The translations under genes and the position numbers were made by a program. A stretch of 64,000 nucleotides of DNA from Candidatus Babelota bacterium. Its GTDB lineage: Bacteria; Babelota; Babeliae; Babelales; UBA12411. This document shows positions 55,927 to 64,000 of the stretch, in pieces. Each line of letters begins with the position of its first letter. The first letter of the stretch is position 1. Location: positions 4,015 to 68,014 of the forward strand of contig DOJW01000004.1 in NCBI GenBank assembly GCA_003511165.1, read 5' to 3'. A model generated the notes under the pieces. It saw only the letters and a list, made by a program, of their open reading frames with translations. It searched no databases and was not told the origin of the DNA.

Positions 55927-57996
55927 ATGAAAAAGCAGATTTTACTTTTAATATTTTTAGCAAACATTTTCACCCCTTTATTTTCAGAAGATGAAATTCC
56001 AACCCTCGCTCAAAAAATTTGTGACATCAACATGAAATCTTTTCCAAGAGAAGACAGTTCCTGGGAAACTCATACCATGCTTGAATATGTAAATCATTTA
56101 AAAGAACATATTTCACATCCATCTTCTAGTGTTAAACGCAATATGGGTTTTGAGTTTTTCAACAAATATGAAAAAACTAATTCTTTAAAAGTCGACCATG
56201 ATAACTCAACGCTTTGGGAAGACTTAGACTTATTTCGTGGCAAAAAAGATTTAAGCAAATATACAGCAAACTCACTTAGTCGAGAAGAAACTGAAATTGG
56301 TAAAATCAGTTTTTATGAAATGTTGTCTAATCCAACAGCCGATACAAAATTATTAAAAAAGCGACAAGAACTAATAAAATTTTTCATTGCTAATCCGCAA
56401 GTTGCAAAAGATTGTAAAAATGCACTTGCTCAAATCGCCTCTTCCGAAAACTTCTTACTCGCATTTTTGGGTCACGATGAGTTAGAACACAACGCGAATG
56501 ATGCATTCTTCAATAATGTTTTAACTAAAAAATTAAATGATTCACAAGTAGCTCTTTTGATCAAAAATAGTTTGGCTAATGCCAATCGCTTACGGTATTT
56601 CGCTCTAGATGTTTTTTTAATAACAGTATTTATTTCTTATGGAACATTAAACCTCACAGGAGTCATTGATAGTCCAGCATGGCTGCGCAAAATTACTTAT
56701 GATTACAAAAACTTCGACAGAGGAATTCTTATAGAATGTCTTAAATTTGTACAAACAAAAATTCCACAGTCAGCCATACTTTTACAGCTGTTACAAAATA
56801 AATATGTTCAATCGTCATTAATATTAGGTGCAGGGGTATGGAGCGCTACTGAACTCACAAATCATTTTGACTGGGTTTATGGGAAAATAAAATTTGAACA
56901 ACTACTTCAAGAATATATGTATCATTTAGCAAAAGTCACAGACGGTATCAAAAAGCTACAAGAATGCTGCAATAAAAATCCAATTTTAGCAGAGTTCGAA
57001 GAGTTTAAACCGCTTCTAAAATTTTTTGATAACAATGAAAAACATGCATCAACACTTCAAGATACGCTCAGTTTGTTTCAACAATCTACTTTCAATAAAC
57101 CTGGCTCAATATTCTGTAACCATGGGGCAGTATTCAAAGCCTATGGTTTAATGAAAAATTTAAAAGATGAGTATAAAAAAGCAATCGTAGCAACAGCAAG
57201 AATTGATGTTTACGTTTCTCTTGCAACACTTGTAAAAGAATTTGAAGATAAACCTGTTTCTTTTACATTTCCACAATATGTAGAAAATTCAACAACTCCT
57301 TTTATCGAACTTAATGATTTTTGGCATCCAATTTTAGATCCAAAGAAAGCTGTACCAAATTCGATAGAACTTGGAATTAACAACCAAAGATCAAATGTCA
57401 TTCTCACCGGTCCAAATGAAGGTGGAAAATCAACTGTATTAAAATCTTTAACTTTATCAATTTGGCTTGCACAAACCTGCGGAATTGCTCCTGCAAAAAA
57501 TATGTGCTTCACTCCTTTTGTAAATATCTCAACATACTTAAACATCACAGATGACATCGGAGCCGGAAATTCATTATTCAAAGCAGAAGTTTTGCGTGCA
57601 CAAAAATTGATAGATTCAATCAAAAGCTCTAAACCCAAAGAATTTAGCTTTTCAGTGTTCGACGAAGTATTCAACGGCACGTCGCCAATCGAAGGATCGG
57701 CTGCCGCACACAGCGTCGCAAAGCATTTAGGAAGTTTTTCACAAAGCATCTGCCTGATCGCTACACATTTTGATTTATTAACAATGCTCGAAGATGAAAC
57801 TACTAATTTCCAAAACTACAAAGTTTCTGTTATCAAAGATATAGATGAAAAAATAATTTCTTATCCGTATAAATTAGAATTTGGTAAATCAGAGCAACAC
57901 ATCGCTTTAGATGTTTTAAAAAATCAGGGATTTGATTCATCAATTATTAAAGATGCGCAAGAAAAGGTTAAATCTATTTCATTTTCTTTTATGTAA
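55927..57996 (+). CDS. MutS-family ATPase (domains III and V only) with N-terminal leader and internal TM hairpin
   Basis: 689 aa. GPNEGGKST (Walker A), DDIGAGNSLFKAEV, FDEVFNGTS (Walker B), ATHF. No mismatch-binding domain I and no Smr or endonuclease domain. Hydrophobic segments at residues 1-20, about 225-245 and about 295-315. Confidence 0.7.
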   Translation: MKKQILLLIFLANIFTPLFSEDEIPTLAQKICDINMKSFPREDSSWETHTMLEYVNHLKEHISHPSSSVKRNMGFEFFNKYEKTNSLKVDHDNSTLWEDLDLFRGKKDLSKYTANSLSREETEIGKISFYEMLSNPTADTKLLKKRQELIKFFIANPQVAKDCKNALAQIASSENFLLAFLGHDELEHNANDAFFNNVLTKKLNDSQVALLIKNSLANANRLRYFALDVFLITVFISYGTLNLTGVIDSPAWLRKITYDYKNFDRGILIECLKFVQTKIPQSAILLQLLQNKYVQSSLILGAGVWSATELTNHFDWVYGKIKFEQLLQEYMYHLAKVTDGIKKLQECCNKNPILAEFEEFKPLLKFFDNNEKHASTLQDTLSLFQQSTFNKPGSIFCNHGAVFKAYGLMKNLKDEYKKAIVATARIDVYVSLATLVKEFEDKPVSFTFPQYVENSTTPFIELNDFWHPILDPKKAVPNSIELGINNQRSNVILTGPNEGGKSTVLKSLTLSIWLAQTCGIAPAKNMCFTPFVNISTYLNITDDIGAGNSLFKAEVLRAQKLIDSIKSSKPKEFSFSVFDEVFNGTSPIEGSAAAHSVAKHLGSFSQSICLIATHFDLLTMLEDETTNFQNYKVSVIKDIDEKIISYPYKLEFGKSEQHIALDVLKNQGFDSSIIKDAQEKVKSISFSFM

Positions 57997-58092
57997 AAAA
58001 TTATCAACCAAACTTTTTTAATTTGAGTTTTTAAAACTCATGCAGTAACATGTTTTTGTTTGTTATTTTTCATTAAACATAAAGGAGTAAAA

Positions 58093-59307
58093 ATGAAAAT
58101 AAAAATCCAATCTTTAATAATTTCACTTGCCTTAATTGCACCTCAGATTTACAGCCAAGACACATGTGAAAAAGAATGTTGCACAACTCAAGAACAGTCT
58201 AAAACAAATATAACCCCGGCAACATCGAGTCAACTGGACCAAATAAAACAATTAATAGAACAGCTACGAGAAGAACTTGCAACCGTGTTCAAAAATTTAA
58301 ATGCAAATAAAGAAAGCTGTGAAGAAATAAATAAATTTTTCAAATCTGCGGAAAATGATTTAAATCCTCAAACAGTAGATAGAGTCTTAGAAAATCTAAA
58401 AGCTTTAACCCATTATGTTTATGATCAAATTTTTTGGATACTTGGAATGCGCGAAAGAGGAGTTACATACAAAACCGCAAAAGAAGATTTTGCCTCTTTA
58501 TATAAACTTTATAGCGAAAAGTTTTTAACACTTCCTGTCATGAAAAATGTCGGATTAAAAATCGACGAACTAGCAAAACGAGAAGATAAAACTATCGATA
58601 TAAACATTGAATCTCTAAAACTTAGCATCGAGCTTTTCAAAAATATGAAAACAATTTATGCAACAGTAAGAGAAATGAATCATGATTTGGAAGATCAAGA
58701 TCGAATATCTGATTTAGAAAAAGATATAAACGAATTAGAAACATATCTAAAAGATTACGATCAATCAAAGTATGCTATCGCAAACGAAAAACAATTTGAA
58801 ACAATAAAAAAATATATTCAAACACTAAAACAAGCGGTAGAAAAATTCAAAAAATTCTTATCTACTGAAAGAATAGAAAAACTACAAAGTTATCTATCTT
58901 GGATAGAAGAACATATAACTACAAAAAACTGCGGTATTATTTGTAATGATTTAATCGACCAGTTAAAAGAAGAATTATGCGATTATTACAATCACATATT
59001 ACCTGTATATCCAGAAATTTCAGATAACAAATATGATCTAATTACTGAAATGGTAAAAAATAATCCTGAACTTATCAAAATCCAACAAAATATATTTGAT
59101 CATTTTGGAACCATATTAATTGATGATCTAGAAGACTCAAAAGAAATTAATTTCCAAGCAATTTTAGGTGAAGCTGATGTCTTCAACAAAAATATGAATA
59201 AAAAACTTATCATTGTAGAAGCGATGGTAAAAGAAATAGAAAATCTTGATACATTTGCAAAAACATTTAACGAAGTCTTTGAGAAAATTAAAAACGAAAA
59301 CAAATAA
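58093..59307 (+). CDS. Secreted coiled-coil-rich hypothetical protein
   Basis: The start is moved to the ATG with an AAGGAG RBS 5 nt upstream; the track start at 58060 is TTG. Leader MKIKIQSLIISLALIAPQIYSQ, CEKECC motif, then long heptad-like E/K/L-rich sequence. Confidence 0.6.
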   Translation: MKIKIQSLIISLALIAPQIYSQDTCEKECCTTQEQSKTNITPATSSQLDQIKQLIEQLREELATVFKNLNANKESCEEINKFFKSAENDLNPQTVDRVLENLKALTHYVYDQIFWILGMRERGVTYKTAKEDFASLYKLYSEKFLTLPVMKNVGLKIDELAKREDKTIDINIESLKLSIELFKNMKTIYATVREMNHDLEDQDRISDLEKDINELETYLKDYDQSKYAIANEKQFETIKKYIQTLKQAVEKFKKFLSTERIEKLQSYLSWIEEHITTKNCGIICNDLIDQLKEELCDYYNHILPVYPEISDNKYDLITEMVKNNPELIKIQQNIFDHFGTILIDDLEDSKEINFQAILGEADVFNKNMNKKLIIVEAMVKEIENLDTFAKTFNEVFEKIKNENK

Positions 59308-59325
59308 CAAAATTTTATAAACAAT

Positions 59326-59359
59326 AAAAAGAGGCTCGGAAATTTTCGAGCCTCTTTTT
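59326..59359. terminator. Bidirectional terminator between convergent genes
   Basis: GAGGCTCG...CGAGCCTC hairpin with a flanking A-run and T-run. Confidence 0.85.
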
Positions 59360-59381
59360 ATTCGATATTCAGATTTAGCAA

Positions 59382-59648
59382 TTACCTATTACGTAACTCT
59401 CTTTCTAATTCGGCCAATTGAAGTCTTGCCAAACATCCTAAATAATCAGACAGCGGATCTGCCTCCAATTCGCCAATCAGCTCCATCAATTTTGTATAAT
59501 CTCCGTATTCCATGTACTTTCTTTCTCTAACAGTTGCAATTGTTTCCCTAAACTCTTTAAGCACCTCTGCATCTGGTCTACCTACTACAAAACATGGTGT
59601 TGCAATCGCGGCCGCAAAAGCAAATATAATTAAACGTTTGTTTTTCAT
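59382..59648 (-). CDS. Small secreted helical hypothetical protein
   Basis: 88 aa from ATG 59648. Leader MKNKRLIIFAFAAAIATPCFVVG. Lies between the mnmG stop and the terminator. Confidence 0.5.
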   Translation of the reverse strand: MKNKRLIIFAFAAAIATPCFVVGRPDAEVLKEFRETIATVRERKYMEYGDYTKLMELIGELEADPLSDYLGCLARLQLAELERELRNR

Positions 59649-59674
59649 ACGATTTTCCAATCCTTGTAAAATGA

Positions 59675-61546
59675 TTAATAAAATAAATTTGTTTTAATTT
59701 TTTCGCAAATGCGAATTTGAAATATGAGAAGTGATATTGCAGCTGGAGTCATACCAGGAATGAGCTGTGCTTGAGCAATATTTGCAGGTTTAAATTTTGT
59801 TAATTTTTGTTGTAGCTCGACACATAATCCAGGTAAATCTTTGTAATCAAAATTTTGTGGAATGTGTAAACTTTGATATCGAGAAGCTTTTTCAACTTCA
59901 CGAACTTCGCGTTGCAAATAACCTTCGTATTTTATCTCTGCATGGATATTGAGCAAAACTCTGCTATTTAATAAATATTGATACTCCAAATTATTTTGTA
60001 ATAATTTTTCTGCAAGCAGTTCTTTTGCCCGCTGTTTTATCTCATCTGTAAACTCTATAACAAAAAATGATTTATACAGTTCATCATTTCGATTTACTGA
60101 TTTTATAAGTTCAACAGATTTTTGAATGATATTTTTTTCTCTCAAAAATTGTTCATACATTTCATCACTAATTAATCCCAAATCTCTTGCATGAGGCATT
60201 AGTCGCAAAAATGTATTATCTTGTCGCAAAAGAAGTCTACGTTCAGCGCGCGATGTAAACATTCGATAAGGCTCATCAATACCGATAGTCACAAGATCAT
60301 CAATCATAACGCCAATATAACTTTCATTACGATTTAAAATAAAAGGGTCTTTATTATTAACTTTTAAATGCGCATTTATCGCAGCGACCAATCCTTGGCC
60401 AGCTGCTTCTTCGTATCCGGTTGTTCCATTTATTTGTCCTGCAAAAAATAAATTTTCTACATTTTTTGCTTCAAGCGAATGTTTTAAATTTGTTGGCGGC
60501 AAAAAATCATATTCGATTGCGTATCCGGCGCGCGCAATTTCTGCATTTTCAAAACCTTTGATACTACGAATATAATCAATTTGAACATCAAGCGGCAAAG
60601 ATGTTGAAAGACCAGCTGGATAAACTTCATCACTTTCTAAACCTTCAGGCTCAACAAAAACATGATGTGTTTTGCGATCTGGAAATCTTGCAACTTTGTC
60701 TTCGATCGAAGGACAATATCTTGGTCCAATTCCTGTGATAGCACCACCAAATCTAGCTGATCGTGCGAAATTGCTTCGAATAATTTCGTGAGTACTTTCA
60801 TTTGTGGCAGTTACAAAACATGAAACTTTTTCTTCGCTTTGCACACCATCAAATTCATAAAGAAAGTCTAGTTGATGAGATTCGTGCTGATCAAATTTTG
60901 AGTAATCAAGTGATGATTTCAAAAGCCTTGGAGGTGTTCCTGTTTTTAATCTTCCAAGTTTTATGCCCAAAATTTCTTGCAACGAACCTGTCAAAAATGT
61001 TGCAGCCGGTTCACCCTCTCTCCCAGAACTGTGATTTTTTAAACCGATATGAACAGTTCCATTCAAAAATGTACCAACAGTGACAACGACAGATTTTGCA
61101 AAAAATTCTTCGCCAGATGCTACTTTAATACCGATCACTTTATTTTTATTTTCTAGTTTTTCAAATAAAAGCGAAGCAACTTCTCCTTGAAATATTTCTA
61201 AATTTTTAGTTTGAGATAAAATTTCTTGCGCCAATTTTGAATATTTAAATTTATCAACTTGAACTCGTAGTCCTTGTACAGCTGGACCCTTGCTAGTATT
61301 TAACATTCGTGCTTGCAAATGTGATTTACTACAAAGTTTTGGCATCAAACCATTAAAAGCTGCGATTTCATAAACAATGTGACCTTTACCCAGTCCACCT
61401 ATCGATGGATTGCATGGACACCAGGCTATTCGATCTTTTTTTATTGTTACAAGTAATGTTTTTGATCCCAAATTAGCAGCAACGTATGCTGCTTCACAAC
61501 CGGCATGTCCACCACCAACAATAATCACATCATATTTTTCAAGCAT
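59675..61546 (-). CDS. mnmG: tRNA uridine-5-carboxymethylaminomethyl modification enzyme MnmG (GidA)
   Basis: YDVIIVGGGHAGCEAA, GPRYCPSIEDK, FFAGQINGTTGYEEAA. ATG at 61546 has an AGGTGG RBS. Confidence 0.95.
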   Translation of the reverse strand: MLEKYDVIIVGGGHAGCEAAYVAANLGSKTLLVTIKKDRIAWCPCNPSIGGLGKGHIVYEIAAFNGLMPKLCSKSHLQARMLNTSKGPAVQGLRVQVDKFKYSKLAQEILSQTKNLEIFQGEVASLLFEKLENKNKVIGIKVASGEEFFAKSVVVTVGTFLNGTVHIGLKNHSSGREGEPAATFLTGSLQEILGIKLGRLKTGTPPRLLKSSLDYSKFDQHESHQLDFLYEFDGVQSEEKVSCFVTATNESTHEIIRSNFARSARFGGAITGIGPRYCPSIEDKVARFPDRKTHHVFVEPEGLESDEVYPAGLSTSLPLDVQIDYIRSIKGFENAEIARAGYAIEYDFLPPTNLKHSLEAKNVENLFFAGQINGTTGYEEAAGQGLVAAINAHLKVNNKDPFILNRNESYIGVMIDDLVTIGIDEPYRMFTSRAERRLLLRQDNTFLRLMPHARDLGLISDEMYEQFLREKNIIQKSVELIKSVNRNDELYKSFFVIEFTDEIKQRAKELLAEKLLQNNLEYQYLLNSRVLLNIHAEIKYEGYLQREVREVEKASRYQSLHIPQNFDYKDLPGLCVELQQKLTKFKPANIAQAQLIPGMTPAAISLLIFQIRICEKIKTNLFY

Positions 61547-62744
61547 AAATCCCACCTACGGATGCCCAAACAGTACCTTCAAAAGGATATCTCCTAACAG
61601 TTCTTCGCAGCGGAGATTGCCATGCAATAAAAATATGTTCCAATTGTTCTCTAAGCATGCCCACTTGTTCACGAGTGACATTACAACCATCTATTTTGAT
61701 AGCTCTCAGATTTTTTGCCATTCGAATAAATTCAGCAATAAATTCTGATGATAAATTTGGATTCTGGGATATATCCAAAGCCTGAATTAATGGACAAATC
61801 GTTAATAATGTTAATAATGCAGAACCCGAAATATTTGAACCTGGAATAGATAAAGTTTTGAGATTTGGACAACTTTGTAAAAAATTAATTAAAAAATCTT
61901 CTGGATATTCAGATGTATTACTCAATTCTAATCGCCCCAATCTTTTACATAATTCTTTGTTTTTTGAAAATTCTTGCAAAATTTTTGGAATAGTAAATCT
62001 AAAACCTAAAGATTTCAAATTTGGCAGAGAATTAACAAAAGTAGCTACATCCTCCAAGGCCAAATTCGTTCTACCACAAAAATCAAACTCCTCAATATTT
62101 TGGTTCCCAACCAAAGGCTGAAGCTGTTCTTTTGTTATTTCAAGACCCAAACTTAATACCAAGTTTTCAGATTTATAAATTTCACTCGCAAGGAATACGG
62201 GAACTATGGCTTTTGATAAACCTCCGATTGTAAGATTTAAAGAATAACTTAAAATATCCTTATTTCTTTTTAAATTAATTTTCAAACCTTTTAATATAGC
62301 TTCCCAACGATCGCCTTTACTCAAAGAACAATTTAATTCAACATTTCTCCATATAGGCCTATCAGTAAAAAAACGTTCAAGATTTTGTGGAGAAAACATC
62401 ATAAAATAATTTAGACTTATACTCTCTAAATATGGGAATCTTATTTCTAATGCATTTAATTTTTCATCATCCCAAGGTCGAACTTTACAAACCTGTCCAC
62501 CCGGTAATAAATCTACTCCCGGAATTACAAACATTTGAGAATGTTGAGTTAAATTATAATCCCATCGCCTACAAACTCTTCTTAATTCATAAGCCCTAGG
62601 CACATCTTTATCAATAGTTTCACTTAAAACCGAAGCCAAAAGCTCATCTGGCAAATCACCTAAACCTGCCTCTATTTTTGATAACGGTAAAAACCCAAAA
62701 AACAGTAAAATTATTAAAAAAGTGTTAGTTTTCTTTAAAATCAT
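61539..62744 (-). CDS. F-box / cysteine-containing LRR (FBXL-like) protein with N-terminal hydrophobic leader
   Basis: 401 aa. F-box LPDELLASVLSETIDKDVPRAYELRRVCRRWDYNL. C-terminal CC-type LRRs (SCPNLKTLSIPGSNISGSALLTLLTICPLIQALDISQNPNLS). The stop overlaps the mnmG start by 8 bp. Confidence 0.7.
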   Translation of the reverse strand: MILKKTNTFLIILLFFGFLPLSKIEAGLGDLPDELLASVLSETIDKDVPRAYELRRVCRRWDYNLTQHSQMFVIPGVDLLPGGQVCKVRPWDDEKLNALEIRFPYLESISLNYFMMFSPQNLERFFTDRPIWRNVELNCSLSKGDRWEAILKGLKINLKRNKDILSYSLNLTIGGLSKAIVPVFLASEIYKSENLVLSLGLEITKEQLQPLVGNQNIEEFDFCGRTNLALEDVATFVNSLPNLKSLGFRFTIPKILQEFSKNKELCKRLGRLELSNTSEYPEDFLINFLQSCPNLKTLSIPGSNISGSALLTLLTICPLIQALDISQNPNLSSEFIAEFIRMAKNLRAIKIDGCNVTREQVGMLREQLEHIFIAWQSPLRRTVRRYPFEGTVWASVGGIYA

Positions 62745-62828
62745 AAAAAAGCCCTTATTTAAGAATAAAAAATATTCCTAATTATAAAGGCTTTTTAGAC
62801 TTTTAAAAGTGGTAAAAATTAAGATAAA

Positions 62829-64000
62829 TTATCGCTTCCAATTCAAAATATCATGTTTGCACCAAATACCTGCAATCACGACCGCTTCAATTCCACCTGC
62901 CTTAGCTGAAGCACTTGCCAAATATAAACCTTCAATTGGCGATTTAAAATAAGGAACATTCTTATTTTTTGACCTATCAAAAGCATATATCGCACCTTCA
63001 GGCATAGAAGTATATCTTTCAAAAGTGTAAGGCGTCGAAATATCACGCACAAGAATCTTTTTGCTTAAATTTGGAATGATAGTTTCTGCTTTAGCTATTA
63101 GCTGATTTGCCGTTTTTTCTTTTAACTCTGTATACTCAGGACTTTTTGAAGAATGAAAATCTTTGTAATCTATCAATTTAATTAGCGTAACAACAGATTT
63201 ATTAGCAGGCGCTAATGACTTATCTACATTGGTACTAATAAGCATATATAACCCATTATCCAAACTTACAACAAGGCTTGCTGGAATCTTAGACAAATCC
63301 ATATCAAGACCCAAATGAACCACAAATGCTGATGTCGACATTTTAAGATTTTTAATATCTAAAATGAATTTGTCTGAAAACTCTTTGGAGTCAACCAAAT
63401 TCAAAAATAAAGTTTTAGCATTTGCATTCGCAATCACAATCGAAGATTTGAAAATCTTATCACCAACACAAACACCTTCTACCGTTTTATCTTTTATCAA
63501 AACTTTATCAACTTTATGATCAGCTAAAACAACTCCACCATGACTTTCAATCAATTTTTTAAGAGCTAGAGCAAAACCCCCAGGACCGCCTTTTGGATAA
63601 TACCCACCAAATATAAAATAGCTCAAATTTGCTAGCAAAGCAGTAAGGGCGGGTGTTTTATCCGCTTCTAATCCTAAATATCCAAGAAGTGATTTTAAAA
63701 ATGCTTTTAAATTTTCATCTTTAAAAAATTCGTCCAATTTTTGTTGATAATTTTTATTCATCCACTTAGATATATTTTGACCAGAAGATAAAGACTGCAT
63801 CTTTTCTTTTCCAAACAACTCTACAAGTTGTTCTTTATCCAATCGAATGCCATAAAATTCAAAAACTAAAGGATCATTAATTTCTTCGTAAGCCGCCTTT
63901 GCTTGTGCAAAAAACAGTTTTATATTTTCAGATTCACTTGGAAATCTTGCGTAAAGATACTTAACAAAGCCTTCGTAATCATTTGGAAGAACTAATTTTT
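62829..64000 (-). CDS. FAD-dependent oxidoreductase, phytoene-desaturase (CrtI/COG1233)-like; N-terminus lies beyond the window
   Basis: My translation shows the frame stays open from 63842 to the window edge; the track start is an internal TTG. C-terminal GLYLASASAKAGGIEAVVIAG is typical of the CrtI-family FAD site. Confidence 0.6.
   Translation of the reverse strand, partial: KLVLPNDYEGFVKYLYARFPSESENIKLFFAQAKAAYEEINDPLVFEFYGIRLDKEQLVELFGKEKMQSLSSGQNISKWMNKNYQQKLDEFFKDENLKAFLKSLLGYLGLEADKTPALTALLANLSYFIFGGYYPKGGPGGFALALKKLIESHGGVVLADHKVDKVLIKDKTVEGVCVGDKIFKSSIVIANANAKTLFLNLVDSKEFSDKFILDIKNLKMSTSAFVVHLGLDMDLSKIPASLVVSLDNGLYMLISTNVDKSLAPANKSVVTLIKLIDYKDFHSSKSPEYTELKEKTANQLIAKAETIIPNLSKKILVRDISTPYTFERYTSMPEGAIYAFDRSKNKNVPYFKSPIEGLYLASASAKAGGIEAVVIAGIWCKHDILNWKR

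Noticed and set aside
62745-62828. Imperfect hairpin GCCCTTAT...ATAAAGGC between the CrtI-like and F-box genes, considered as a terminator.
   Set aside because: It has one mismatch and a loop of about 25 nt, so it is too weak to call. It is left unannotated.
1-64000. Search by eye for CRISPR arrays, IS inverted repeats, integrase or transposase genes, rRNA, and known defence gene sets.
   Set aside because: I found no regularly spaced direct repeats, no transposase-like or integrase-like ORFs and no rRNA-like sequence. The only repeats are paralog-derived (listed as features). A computational repeat or HMM scan could still find things I missed.

Overview
Visibly AT-rich bacterial chromosomal window (GC not computed), standard genetic code, densely coding. 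The core, about 22.9-41.6 kb on the minus strand, is a colinear str-S10-spc-alpha ribosomal superoperon running rpsL-rpsG-fusA-tuf-rpsJ through rplQ. It includes secY, map, infA, rpoA and a 38-aa rpmJ that the supplied ORF track missed. Flanking housekeeping genes are pepA, sufS-sufU, metG, lepB, potABCD, one tRNA-Glu(CUC), rseP, lpxC, rplM, pyrG, pepP, lptD, recR, yidC and mnmG. The presence of lpxC and lptD implies a diderm envelope. Accessory genes are interleaved with these, and nearly all begin with Sec-type hydrophobic leaders and carry eukaryote-like or toxin-like domains. They are: two tandem EndoU-like RNase paralogs (2854-5776), four tandem ankyrin-repeat paralogs (10115-12703), a DOT1-like methyltransferase (52571-53251), an F-box/LRR protein whose stop overlaps the mnmG start (61539-62744), a 7-TM double PQ-loop protein, a stand-alone NurA-like nuclease, and a membrane-embedded MutS domain III/V ATPase. 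This mix is what I would expect from a host-dependent symbiont or parasite of protists, for example a Dependentiae/TM6-like bacterium; that is inference only. I saw no rRNA, CRISPR array, transposase, integrase or prophage gene, and no recognisable canonical defence system. The best candidates for something new are the leader-bearing EndoU-like pair, which lacks both a delivery domain and an immunity gene, and the leader-bearing DOT1-like and F-box/LRR proteins. All domain calls come from motif recognition by eye and need profile or structure searches.
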